From the NCBI GenBank assembly GCA_024236075.1, contig JACKLE010000007.1, forward strand, positions 2,235 through 66,234: a stretch of 64,000 bases of DNA, read 5' to 3'. Source of the stretch: Alphaproteobacteria bacterium. GTDB taxonomy: Bacteria > Pseudomonadota > Alphaproteobacteria > JACAEB01. The position numbers and the translations under genes are program-made. Under the pieces are notes generated by a model, which had not been told where the DNA came from, did no database searches, and saw only the letters and a program-made list of their open reading frames with translations. Below are positions 15,996 through 24,798 of the stretch, piece after piece. Positions within the stretch are counted from its first letter, which is position 1. The number at the start of each line of letters is the position of its first letter.

Positions 15996-17981
15996 ATGAG
16001 CGAGCACGAGGACGGACCGCGGCGGCGCTTTCCCTGGCGGCCCCTCGGCCTTGTCGCCGCGGGCCTCGTCGTCGGGCTCCTCGCCGGCGGCGCCTGGGCC
16101 TATCTCTGGCTGAAGCCGAACTTCCCGGACCTGCGCACCGCCTGGGACGCGGGCAAGATCCCGAGCCTCGTCTTTCTCGACAAGGACGGAAAGCGCATCG
16201 CGACGCGCGGCGCCATCCGCGAGCAGCCCGTGCCGGCGGGCGAGCTGCCCAAGATGCTGATCGACGCCTTCCTCGCGACCGAGGACCGGCGCTTCTGGAC
16301 CCATCCGGGCGTCGACTGGCGCGGCGTCACGCGCGCCGTCTTCGTGAACCTCAGGGCCGGGCGCTTCGTGCAGGGCGGCTCGACCATCACGCAGCAGGTG
16401 GCCAAGAACCTCTTCCTCACCAATGAGCGCTCGATGCGGCGCAAGCTCCAGGAGGCGCTGCTCGCGGTCTGGCTCGAGCGCCACATGAGCAAGAACGAGA
16501 TCCTGACGCTCTATCTCAACCGCATCTATTTCGGCGCCGGCACCTACGGCATCGAGGCGGCGGCCGAGACCTATTTCGGCCATTCGGCGCGCGAGGTGAG
16601 CCTTGCCGAGGCGGCGATGCTCGCGGGGCTTCCGCAGGCGCCCTCCAAATATGCGCCGACCTCGGATCTTGCCGCCGCGCAGGCGCGGGCGGGCGACGTC
16701 CTGCGGAACATGGTGGAGGCGCATTTCCTCCGGGAGGCGGACATCGCCCCCGCGCTCGCCGAGCCCGCGACGCCGCGCCCCCAGCTCGAGGCGCAGGGCG
16801 CCGCCTATTTTCTCGACTACGCGGTCGCCGAGCTCGAGCGCCTCAAGGGCCGCGACGCGCTCGACCTCGACCTCGTCGTGACGACGACGCTGGACCCGCG
16901 CCTCCAGAAGATCGCCGAGGAGGCGGTGGCGACCCGCATGGCCGCCGAGGCCGACGCGGCCGGCGCCAAGGAGGCCGCGCTCGTCATGCTCTCGCCGGAC
17001 GGCTCGGTGCGCGCCATGGTGGGCGGGCGCAGCTATGCCGACAGCCAGTTCAACCGCGCCGTCCAGGCGAAGCGCCAGCCCGGCTCCGCCTTCAAGCCGT
17101 TCGTGTACCTCACCGCGCTGGAGGCGGGCCTGACGCCCCAGACCGTGCGCGAGGACGCGCCGATCACCGTCGACGACTGGTCCCCGGAGAATTACGGGCG
17201 CACCTATCGCGGCTACGTCACCCTGCGCGAGGCGGTCGCGAACTCGCTCAACACGGTCGCGGTGCGCGTGTCGGAGGAGGTCGGGCGCGCCAATGTGGTG
17301 GCGACGGCGCAGCGGCTCGGCATCCGCTCGAGCCTCCTCGCCAGCCCCTCGATCGCGCTCGGCACGTCGGAGGTGAGCCTCCTCGAGCTGACGGACGCCT
17401 ATCTGCCCTTCGCGACGCTGGGCCTCGCCGAGCCCCCGCGCGTCATCGAGCGCATCGCGACGCCCGAGGGCGGCACGCTGTGGGAGGCCCCGCCCGTGGA
17501 GCCGCGGCGCGTGATGTCGCACGAGACCGCCGCCGAGATGAACGGCATGCTGCACGAGGTGCTGGTCTCGGGAACGGCGAAGAACGCGGACCTCACCCCC
17601 CGCCCCGCCGCCGCCAAGACGGGCACCAGCCAGGACTGGCGCGACGCCTGGATCGTGGGCTACACGGCCGATCTCGTCACCGGCGTCTGGGTCGGCAACG
17701 ACGATGCCTCGCCGATGAACCGCGTCACGGGCGGCGGGCTGCCCGCGCGCATCTGGAAGGACGCGATGGAGAACGCCCATGCGGGCTGGGCCGTCGCCGA
17801 TCTCGAGGGCGCCACCACCGACTACGCCTACCCGACGCTCGCCGCGAACGATCCGTCCTCGGACTTTTACGACCGCCTCTCGGCGAGCTTCTCCGGCGTG
17901 CGCCACAACCGCACCCTCGCCCGCTCCGAGCCCCGCCGCGACAATGCGGGCTGGAAGTCGATCCTTCCCTGGAACTGGTGA
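15996..17981 (+). CDS. Bifunctional class A penicillin-binding protein (glycosyltransferase/transpeptidase, PBP1A family)
   Basis: Contains FLATEDRRFWTHPGVDWRGV, GGSTITQQVAKN, RKLQEA, QPGSAFKPFVY, SLNT and KTGTS motifs. Confidence 0.9.
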   Translation: MSEHEDGPRRRFPWRPLGLVAAGLVVGLLAGGAWAYLWLKPNFPDLRTAWDAGKIPSLVFLDKDGKRIATRGAIREQPVPAGELPKMLIDAFLATEDRRFWTHPGVDWRGVTRAVFVNLRAGRFVQGGSTITQQVAKNLFLTNERSMRRKLQEALLAVWLERHMSKNEILTLYLNRIYFGAGTYGIEAAAETYFGHSAREVSLAEAAMLAGLPQAPSKYAPTSDLAAAQARAGDVLRNMVEAHFLREADIAPALAEPATPRPQLEAQGAAYFLDYAVAELERLKGRDALDLDLVVTTTLDPRLQKIAEEAVATRMAAEADAAGAKEAALVMLSPDGSVRAMVGGRSYADSQFNRAVQAKRQPGSAFKPFVYLTALEAGLTPQTVREDAPITVDDWSPENYGRTYRGYVTLREAVANSLNTVAVRVSEEVGRANVVATAQRLGIRSSLLASPSIALGTSEVSLLELTDAYLPFATLGLAEPPRVIERIATPEGGTLWEAPPVEPRRVMSHETAAEMNGMLHEVLVSGTAKNADLTPRPAAAKTGTSQDWRDAWIVGYTADLVTGVWVGNDDASPMNRVTGGGLPARIWKDAMENAHAGWAVADLEGATTDYAYPTLAANDPSSDFYDRLSASFSGVRHNRTLARSEPRRDNAGWKSILPWNW

Positions 17982-18496
17982 GGCGCGTGCGGGCGGGGGC
18001 TGGATTCTGTTTGAAGCGTCCCACAATCGTGACGTCATCCCGCGCTTCAGGCGCGGGACCCATACTCCCGGCGTTTGTGGTCGTGCGTTCCGCGGTCGAG
18101 CCGCAGCACGACTGCCGCAGTCGGGCGATCAGAATTGATCGCGACACGCTCCAGGTCCGGTCATGACTTCTTGAACAGGTCCTGTTGTCTGCCTTGTGCT
18201 TCGCGCTTCGCCTTCTTGAACGGCGTGGTGTCGATCCAAGGCATAGGCGGGCGCTTGCCCTCGAATAGATCCTCAATAGTCAGAATTCGGATCCTTGAGA
18301 ACTGACCATACTCGGTTTCATAGTAACCAGCAGAAATCGCTTCCTTCCGCATCGGCGCCGTCGGCTCGGTCAACGTGAGGAAGATTCCAAGTTTTGCTTT
18401 CTCGCGCTCTACCGTTGCGATGAGGGGGACCTATATACGAGCTTGACCCAGCCGCCGTGACATCCTATATTCTGAGGGTGGCAATGGAGAGGCGCG

Positions 18497-19411
18497 ATGA
18501 CCAAGCAATTCGACAGCCTGATTGAGCTGATGGAAGCGCTCCCGGATGAGCAGTCCGCGATTGACCACTTCACCGCCATACGTTGGAAGGATGGGGCTTT
18601 CTGCCCCCATTGCGGCTCGACCAAGATCTATCACTTCAGCGACAAGCGTTCGCACAAGTGTGGGGCCTGCCGAGCGCGCTTCTCAATCAAAGTCGGAACG
18701 ATCTTCGAGGACACGAAGATCCCATTGCGCAAGTGGATGATGGCTATTTGGCTTATCACGTCGCACAAGAAAGGCATCGCGAGCACGCAACTGGCTAAGG
18801 ACATCAAGGTCACTCAGAAGACCGCATGGTTTATGCTCCACCGCCTTCGCCATGCCGCGATGACGAAATCCTTCAGCGCGCCTCTCAAGGGTACCGTCGA
18901 AGCTGACGAGACCTATGTTGGCGGTAAGGCCAAGAACAAGCACGCATCCAAGCGTGAGAAGGGTACGCAAGGTGGAAGGGGCAAGGTGATTGTCTTTGGG
19001 ATGCTGGAGCGCGAGGGCCAGCTTCGCACGCTGCATATCAGCAATCTAAAGGCGCACAACGTACACGGCATTATCTCCGACCATGTCGAGCCCGGCGCCA
19101 ACATCATGACAGACGAACATGTTTCGTTTGTGGGGCTTCAAGGGCGCTATCACCATCACACCGTCAACCACTCAGCCGGCGAGTACGTGCGCCATTTCTT
19201 CGCCCACACGAACGGAATTGAGAGCGTCTGGGCGCTTCTGAAGCGTCAAATTATTGGGATACATCATTGGGTTAGCCAAAAGCACCTTTCACGCTATCTC
19301 GGAGAGATGGCATGGCGCTACAATCGTCGGAACTTGGAGGAAGGCGACCGTTTGAACGCCTTGCTTTCGTCAACAGATGGGCGGCTCACCTATCGAGCCT
19401 TGGTTGCATGA
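18497..19411 (+). CDS. IS1595-family transposase (N-terminal zinc ribbon plus DDE domain)
   Basis: 304 aa, with FTAIRWKDGAFCPHCGSTKIYHFSDKRSHKCGACRARFSIKVGTIFEDTKIPLRKWMMAIWLITSHKKGIASTQLAKDIKVTQKTAWFMLHRLR...EADETYVGG... Confidence 0.9.
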   Translation: MTKQFDSLIELMEALPDEQSAIDHFTAIRWKDGAFCPHCGSTKIYHFSDKRSHKCGACRARFSIKVGTIFEDTKIPLRKWMMAIWLITSHKKGIASTQLAKDIKVTQKTAWFMLHRLRHAAMTKSFSAPLKGTVEADETYVGGKAKNKHASKREKGTQGGRGKVIVFGMLEREGQLRTLHISNLKAHNVHGIISDHVEPGANIMTDEHVSFVGLQGRYHHHTVNHSAGEYVRHFFAHTNGIESVWALLKRQIIGIHHWVSQKHLSRYLGEMAWRYNRRNLEEGDRLNALLSSTDGRLTYRALVA

Positions 19412-19659
19412 CAATGCGAAAGAAGCAGTCACAGAAAAAGCAGACAAAAAAGGAGTTGGTCGGGATGCCTTTTGATGAGGCATTGGAACGCTTTATCCTA
19501 ACCGACCCGGATGAATTGTCCGAGGCGCTGCAATCCTATGACGCCTTGAAAGAGGAACATGATCGCTTGTCTGACGATGTTGATGCCGATCAGGACCGAG
19601 TTATTCGCCGAATGAGGGGGAAGGCAGCCGATGGCAAAGTCAAAAAAAGAACAGACTGA
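19408..19659 (+). CDS. Passenger ORF 1: small, highly charged hypothetical protein (83 aa)
   Basis: Its ATG overlaps the transposase stop (ATGA). The sequence MTMRKKQSQKKQTKKELVGMPFDEALERFILTDPDELSEALQSYDALKEEHDRLSDDVDADQDRV... has a basic N-terminus and an acidic helical middle. Confidence 0.5.
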   Translation: MTMRKKQSQKKQTKKELVGMPFDEALERFILTDPDELSEALQSYDALKEEHDRLSDDVDADQDRVIRRMRGKAADGKVKKRTD

Positions 19660-20485
19660 ACAATCGGTTTTGGATTTCCTTTATGTCGATGCAGTTCGTG
19701 TACGATCCTTTATTTCGCAGCTTGGTGAGATAGGTGTTCTTGACGGGGTGACAGAAACGGACGCATTGGACGCATCCAAGGCAACCACCTTTTCAGGGTC
19801 AATTGGTGGCGAACCTATCATTGGTTCGGGCGTCGAGAGGACAAGCGAGCGAGCCACATCAGAATCACAATCGCGAACCTACGATGTGCAGCACCGGCTT
19901 CCGGTTAGTCTCCTCAATTTGCTAGAAACGCAAAACTTAATTCAACGAAAAATTGTCGATGCCGCGATAGGTGACTTAGTTGTCTGCTCTGGAACATTAT
20001 CGATAATCGATACTTCATTCCATCGTGAGCTTTATTCGTCAGCTAAGATGAAGGAACTTTCTGTTCGGCGATCAGAGGAAAGACTCAAAAAAGAGGGGCA
20101 GACGTATGACCTGGAAAGTCTGCACATCGAACTTGATATGATCCGCATGATCCCGCCCTTTGTGCAGGCCCTAGTAGATACTGGCAATGTTGCCGTATGG
20201 CTTACCTTGCGACCGGAGAGCCTCACAACGCCTCCTCACGAGATCAACATGAAACACGGGGTTGTGCTTCAAGGTAGTTGGACATTGCTTGGTATCAAAG
20301 ACTCTACTCCTTCTCTTGCGCCCGAAATTTTGCAGGATGCAACTCGACTCAAGGGCCGATTTGAAAACCAATCAATGATCGCTGAGATGATCGATGTGCT
20401 CACTGCATTGCGCGGGTATGTGGGACGACCGCCATCCTCATATGGGGTGACACCGCTTCTAATTTACAGAGAAGCTAACACCTAG
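19631..20485 (+). CDS. Passenger ORF 2: hypothetical protein (284 aa), no family recognised
   Basis: It overlaps ORF 1 by 29 nt and its stop (20483..20485) lies in the partial extension of the right inverted repeat (...TGACC), 8 nt before the core repeat at 20494. The N-terminus is MAKSKKEQTEQSVLDFLYVDAVRVRSFISQLGEIGVLDG... AT-richer codon usage is continuous with the transposase. Confidence 0.65.
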   Translation: MAKSKKEQTEQSVLDFLYVDAVRVRSFISQLGEIGVLDGVTETDALDASKATTFSGSIGGEPIIGSGVERTSERATSESQSRTYDVQHRLPVSLLNLLETQNLIQRKIVDAAIGDLVVCSGTLSIIDTSFHRELYSSAKMKELSVRRSEERLKKEGQTYDLESLHIELDMIRMIPPFVQALVDTGNVAVWLTLRPESLTTPPHEINMKHGVVLQGSWTLLGIKDSTPSLAPEILQDATRLKGRFENQSMIAEMIDVLTALRGYVGRPPSSYGVTPLLIYREANT

Positions 20486-20837
20486 GTCACACACGTATAT
20501 AGGCCCCCGATGAGGTCACGGATCATCCCTACTCCAACGTTCTCGCCGCCCTTCACGGATACCACTGCCTTCTCCGTCACCTTCCCGTCAGGCTTGAAAA
20601 AGCACGTTGTAGGAGGCGTTCGAGTTGAAGGGCGGGTCGAGATAGACGAGGTCGACGGATTCGTCGGCAATGTGCCCACGGAGAATGTCGAGATTGTCGC
20701 CATAGTATAGCTTGTTCGTCATCCGCCCCGCCCTGCCCGATCCGCCGTCGCGACTTGGTGGCTCAAGATTCCGCTTGCGCGGAAATTTCTATTGGCGCAT
20801 TGTGTTCTTGTTTTGTTCGATTCGCAAGGAGGCCTCG

Positions 20838-21014
20838 ATGGCAACGAATCCGCCGCCCGGCGACGGCCACCGCAAGGGTGCGGTGCGCGATCGCTCCCAG
20901 GTCTACAATCCGCAGAACGAGAAATGGACGAAGCGCGACAAGGGCACGGGGCAGTTCATGGACCAGAAAGCCGATTCCAAGCCGTTCAAAGGGGTTCGCA
21001 AAGAGCGCCCCTAA
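20838..21014 (+). CDS. Small hypothetical protein (58 aa)
   Basis: An AGGAGG Shine-Dalgarno lies 5 nt upstream of the ATG. The sequence is MATNPPPGDGHRKGAVRDRSQVYNPQNEKWTKRDKGTGQFMDQKADSKPFKGVRKERP. Confidence 0.5.
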   Translation: MATNPPPGDGHRKGAVRDRSQVYNPQNEKWTKRDKGTGQFMDQKADSKPFKGVRKERP

Positions 21015-21075
21015 CGACCGCGCGACCTGCTCCCGTTAAGACGAGATTCCTCGGCAAGCGGACGATATGCCGTCA

Positions 21076-21588
21076 TCACTCCTCCTCGCCGAACTGGGCG
21101 GCGAGGCCGTCGAGCGTGCGGCGGATTTGCGGGGGCTCCGGCGCGGCGGGGGGCGCGTAGATCATGGCGTCGAGGCGGCTCACCTGCTCGTAGAGCTTGC
21201 GGCTGCCCTCGAGGAGCTCGAGAAGCTTCGTGGGCAGAAGGTCGGCGGCCATCATCGGCGCGCCTTCGCACACTTCGCGGCTGCCCAGGCGATAGCGCTC
21301 CTGCGCCGCCTCCTCGGCCTTCATCTCGCCCTGCCGCACGGCGCGCTGGACGAGAAGCCAGGAGACGACCTGCATCAGGCGGGTGGTGAGGCGCATGCTC
21401 TCGCCGGCATAGGCGAGCGCGACCTTGCGGGGAAGGATCTTCGACTCCTCCCGCCCCGGCCCGTCGAGATAGGCGGCGGTCGCCTCCACGAGGCTCATCC
21501 CTTCGGCGAAGGTCTTCTCGATCACCTCGGCCGAGACCTGAGGCAGCTGGGAGAAAGGCGGGCGCTCGTGATGTGCCATGATACGCAT
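21076..21588 (-). CDS. DUF1465-family protein (RcdA-like regulator of CtrA degradation)
   Basis: 170 aa, with ...EGMSLVEATAAYLDGPGREESK...ALAYAGESMRLTTRLMQVVSWLLVQRAV..., recalled as the alphaproteobacterial DUF1465 pattern. Confidence 0.7.
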   Translation of the reverse strand: MRIMAHHERPPFSQLPQVSAEVIEKTFAEGMSLVEATAAYLDGPGREESKILPRKVALAYAGESMRLTTRLMQVVSWLLVQRAVRQGEMKAEEAAQERYRLGSREVCEGAPMMAADLLPTKLLELLEGSRKLYEQVSRLDAMIYAPPAAPEPPQIRRTLDGLAAQFGEEE

Positions 21589-21729
21589 GCTTCACCTTCT
21601 TTGGCGCCGGACCGTCCCGGCTTGCGGCGCGGAAGGGCGCGAAGTCGTCCCGCGCCGGCATCGGGCGCCGCCGACCCTCCCACGACGGCAAGAACCGTGC
21701 CTTTGCCGCCCGGAGGCCGCGGCGCGGGC

Positions 21730-21915
21730 CTATCCGCGGCGGAAGACCGCCTCGGCGCTCGAGAGCGCGCCCTGCTTCGAGGCGATGATCTCGCGGCAGC
21801 GGCGGGCCTCGGCCTCCAGGGCGAGGATGCGCGCCTCGAGCTCCTCGATCGAGAGCAGCGCGAGGTCGAGCCTGGGCTTCACCAAGGGGCTCGGCTCGTC
21901 GTCCTTGTCCACCAT
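21730..21915 (-). CDS. DUF1192-family small protein
   Basis: MVDKDDEPSPLVKPRLDLALLSIEELEARILALEAEARRCREIIASKQ. Confidence 0.65.
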   Translation of the reverse strand: MVDKDDEPSPLVKPRLDLALLSIEELEARILALEAEARRCREIIASKQGALSSAEAVFRRG

Positions 21916-22004
21916 GCCACGTCTCCGCGCGTCTTGCCTTCGCTCGCCCAATTCTGCGAAACCGGGCGCGAGGCCGCAACAATCCGAAGCCCGAGGAGAC
22001 GCCG

Positions 22005-23018
22005 ATGGCCGCGCCCGACCTGCCCGAGACGATGACCGCGATCGCCGTCGCGCGCCCCGGAGGGCCGGACGTGCTCGAGCCCGTCGCGCTTCCCGTGCCG
22101 AGGCCGGCGACGGGACAGGTGCTGATCGAGGTCGCCGCGGCGGGCGTGAACCGGCCCGACGTGTTCCAGCGCCTCGGCCTCTATCCCCCGCCCCCCGGCG
22201 CGCCGGCGACGCCGGGGCTCGAGGTCGCAGGGACGGTCGTCGCCGTGGGCGACGGCGTCGCGACGCCGGGCCTCGGCGCGCGCGCGACCGCGCTCGTCGC
22301 GGGCGGCGGCTATGCCGAATATTGCCTCGCGGACGCGGCCCACACCCTGCCCGCGCCGGAGGGCCTCACGCTTCTCGAAGCCGCGAGCCTGCCCGAGACG
22401 GTCTTCACCGTGTGGTCGAACCTCTTCGACCGCGCGCGGCTGAAGGGGGGCGAGAGCCTGCTCGTCCACGGCGGCACCAGCGGCATCGGCGTGACGGCGA
22501 TCCAGATCGCCCGCGCCATGGGCGCGACGGTCTTCGCGACCTGCGGCAGCGCGGAGAAATGCCGCGTCGCCGAGGAGCTCGGCGCGGCGCGCGCCATCGA
22601 CTACACGCGGGAGGACTTCGCCGCCATCGTGAAGGCGCAGACGAGCGGGCGCGGCGTCGACGTGGTGCTCGACATGGTCGGCGGCGGCTACATCGCGCGC
22701 AACCTCGCCTCGCTCGCGCCCGAGGGCCGGCACGTCAGCATCGCCTTCCTGCAGGGCTCGAAAGTCGAGATCGATCTCATGCCCGTGATGCTGAAGCGCC
22801 TCACGCTCACCGGCTCGACGCTGCGCGCGCGCGAGAGCGCCTTCAAGGCCGCGCTCGCGAGCGCCGTCGCGGACAAGGTCTGGCCGCTCTTTTCGAGCGG
22901 CGAGATCCGGCCCGTCATCGACAGCGTCTTTCCCCTGCGCGAGGCCGCCAAGGCCCATGCCCGCATCGAGGCGGCGGACCATATCGGCAAGGTTATGCTC
23001 GCGGTGCGCGAGGAATAA
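22005..23018 (+). CDS. qor: NAD(P)H:quinone oxidoreductase (medium-chain dehydrogenase/reductase, zeta-crystallin/PIG3 type)
   Basis: 337 aa, with ...GVNRPDVFQRLGLYPPPPGAP..PGLEVAG.V...GESLLVHGGTSGIGVTAIQIARAMGA...HIGKVML. Confidence 0.9.
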   Translation: MAAPDLPETMTAIAVARPGGPDVLEPVALPVPRPATGQVLIEVAAAGVNRPDVFQRLGLYPPPPGAPATPGLEVAGTVVAVGDGVATPGLGARATALVAGGGYAEYCLADAAHTLPAPEGLTLLEAASLPETVFTVWSNLFDRARLKGGESLLVHGGTSGIGVTAIQIARAMGATVFATCGSAEKCRVAEELGAARAIDYTREDFAAIVKAQTSGRGVDVVLDMVGGGYIARNLASLAPEGRHVSIAFLQGSKVEIDLMPVMLKRLTLTGSTLRARESAFKAALASAVADKVWPLFSSGEIRPVIDSVFPLREAAKAHARIEAADHIGKVMLAVREE

Positions 23019-23266
23019 GGGCGCACGCGCACCCTCCGAAGGCCGGTTCGGCCGGCGCGCGCGCGCCGCGCCGACGGGCGGGGCCCGCGAGTTTGGGGTT
23101 TTCATCTCGCGCGGGCCGGCCTATATACGTGGGCATCCACGTCAATTCCGTCTACGCGCATCGGCGCATGGGACGGCGCTCCGGACCGGAGCGGCCCTCC
23201 TCGGCCCCTAGGGCCATGCAGCCTGAGGTTGCGAGACCGGCGACAGACCAACAGGAGGCGCAGCCC

Positions 23267-23905
23267 ATGTCACGTCCGCTCATGCCCAAGGCCACGGCCG
23301 TCTGGCTCGTCGACAACACGACGCTCAGCTTCGATCAGATCGCGGATTTCTGCGGCCTCCATCCGCTGGAGGTCAAAGGCATCGCCGACGGCGACGTCGC
23401 GCAGGGAATCAAGGGCATGGACCCGGTGGCGAACGGCCAACTTATGCGCCAGGAGATCGAGCGCTGCGAGGCCGATCCCGCCGCCCGGCTCGCGATCATC
23501 AAGAACGCCCTCGTCACGCCGGACAAGAAGCGCAAGGGCCCGCGCTACACGCCGGTCTCGCGCCGCCAGGACCGGCCCGACGCCATCGCCTGGCTCCTGC
23601 GCAATCACCCCGAGCTCTCGGACGCGCAGGTCGGCCGGCTCGTCGGCACGACCAAGCCCACGATCCAGTCCATCCGTGATCGGACGCACTGGAACTCGTC
23701 GAACATCAAGCCGGTGGACCCGGTGACGCTCGGCCTGTGCACGCAGATCGAGCTCGACGAGGCGGTGCGCAAGGCGAACACCTCGAAGGAGCGCTCGGCC
23801 GAAGGCAAGGCGACGCCGCAGATCCTGAAGCCGGTGCGCGTCTCGCTCGAGGAAGGCGCCGCGCCGATGCCCGAAGCGAGCGAGCACGAGACCCCCGCCT
23901 CCTGA
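23267..23905 (+). CDS. DUF1013-family protein (TrcR-like cell-cycle regulator)
   Basis: MSRPLMPKATAVWLVDNTTLSFDQIADFCGLHPLEVKGIADGDVAQGIKG.DP...TKPTIQSIRDRTHWN. Confidence 0.75.
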   Translation: MSRPLMPKATAVWLVDNTTLSFDQIADFCGLHPLEVKGIADGDVAQGIKGMDPVANGQLMRQEIERCEADPAARLAIIKNALVTPDKKRKGPRYTPVSRRQDRPDAIAWLLRNHPELSDAQVGRLVGTTKPTIQSIRDRTHWNSSNIKPVDPVTLGLCTQIELDEAVRKANTSKERSAEGKATPQILKPVRVSLEEGAAPMPEASEHETPAS

Positions 23906-23997
23906 AGGCGGGGTTCGTCCGCGGGCGGAGCCTTTTTCGCCGGCTGGGATCGCCCCTACCCCTTCCCCTTGGAGGGAAAGAGGAAGCGACGGGCGCG

Positions 23998-24288
23998 TCA
24001 GCCGACCTTTTCGAGATTGACGATCTCGGGCGCGGCCGCGAGCGTCGGGGCGAGCTTGGCGCCCGCCGCGCGGAAATGGTCCGACTTCATATGGGCGTCG
24101 GCCGACGCCTTGTCGGTGTACTGCTCCTGCACGTAGTAGGTGCCGGCCTCGCCCGCCTTGCGGAAGAGGTCGTAGAGCTTGCAGCCGGGCTCGTTCTTGC
24201 GGACCGCCGCGGCGAGCTCCTGGAAGGCGGCCTCGAAGGCGGCTTCCGAACCGGGCTTGACCTTGAGCTTGGCGACGATGCCGATCAT
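23998..24288 (-). CDS. Antibiotic-biosynthesis-monooxygenase (ABM) domain protein
   Basis: 96 aa, MIGIVAKLKVKPGSEAAFEAAFQELAAAVRKNEPGCKLYDLFR...YYVQEQYTDKASADAHMKSDHF. Confidence 0.8.
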   Translation of the reverse strand: MIGIVAKLKVKPGSEAAFEAAFQELAAAVRKNEPGCKLYDLFRKAGEAGTYYVQEQYTDKASADAHMKSDHFRAAGAKLAPTLAAAPEIVNLEKVG

Positions 24289-24381
24289 CGAGTGTTCCTC
24301 CTTGGCGTCGATGCATCTTGGGACGGCGGACTTTAGGCGTCCGGCCGTGCCGAGCCAAGGCCCGGATCGTAGCCCCGGAGG

Positions 24382-24798
24382 CTATTCGTCGCGATAGACG
24401 CGCTCGCGGCGCTCGTGGCGCTCCTGCGCCTCGAGGCTCAGCGTCGCGATGGGGCGCGCGTCGAGGCGCTTCACGCCGATGGGGTCGCCCGTCTCCTCGC
24501 AATAGCCGTAGGTGCCGTCCTCGATTCGGCGCAGCGCGGCGTCGATCTTCGAGATGAGCTTCCTTTGCCGGTCGCGGGCGCGCAGCTCCAGCGCGTGGTC
24601 GGTCTCGCTCGAGGCGCGGTCGGTGAGATCGGGATGCTGCTTGTCGCTCGCCTGCATCCCGATGATGGTTTCCTTGCTTTCCTTGAGGATGTCGGACTTC
24701 CAGGTTTCGAGCTTGCGCCGGAAATATTCCCGCTGCTGCTCGTTCATGAACGGCTCGTCATCCGTGGGCCGGTAGTCTTCCGACAGTTCGATCGCCAT
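24382..24798 (-). CDS. dksA: RNA polymerase-binding transcription factor DksA
   Basis: MAIELSEDYRPTDDEPFMNEQQREYFRRKL...DRASSETDHALELRARDRQRKLISKIDAALRRIEDGTYGYCEETGDPIG.KRL.ARP.A. Confidence 0.9.
   Translation of the reverse strand: MAIELSEDYRPTDDEPFMNEQQREYFRRKLETWKSDILKESKETIIGMQASDKQHPDLTDRASSETDHALELRARDRQRKLISKIDAALRRIEDGTYGYCEETGDPIGVKRLDARPIATLSLEAQERHERRERVYRDE

Larger units (their letters stand above)
18426..20507 (+). mobile_element. IS1595-family transposable unit (2082 bp) carrying the transposase plus two passenger ORFs
   Basis: The left inverted repeat is GGGACCTATATACG (18426..18439) and the right one, as reverse complement, is GGGGCCTATATACG (20494..20507), with partial extension to ...TGACC. 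A perfect 8-bp direct repeat CGATGAGG flanks both ends (18418..18425 and 20508..20515). Excising it restores the methylase reading frame. Confidence 0.9.
18161..20722 (-). pseudogene. Remnant of an N6/N4 DNA methyltransferase (DPPF type, with an endonuclease-like C-terminal region), disrupted by IS insertion, a frameshift and an internal deletion
   Basis: The N-terminus, read from 20722, is MTNKLYYGDNLDILRGHIADESVDLVYLDPPFNSNASYNVLF. The frame shifts at a T5 run (plus-strand A5 at 20597..20601) into KPDGKVTEKAVVSVKGGENVGVGMIRDLI. After removing 18426..20515 it continues in frame with ATVEREKAKLGIFLTLTEPTAPMRKEAISAGYYETEYGQFSRIRILTIEDLFEGKRPPMPW (18161..18417). Confidence 0.8.

Noticed and set aside
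20482-20710. ORFs 20482..20703 (-) and 20510..20710 (+) as independent small genes next to the IS.
   Set aside because: They are frame fragments of the decayed methyltransferase (the N-terminal DPPF part and the VSVKGGEN part) and its antisense shadow, not separate genes.
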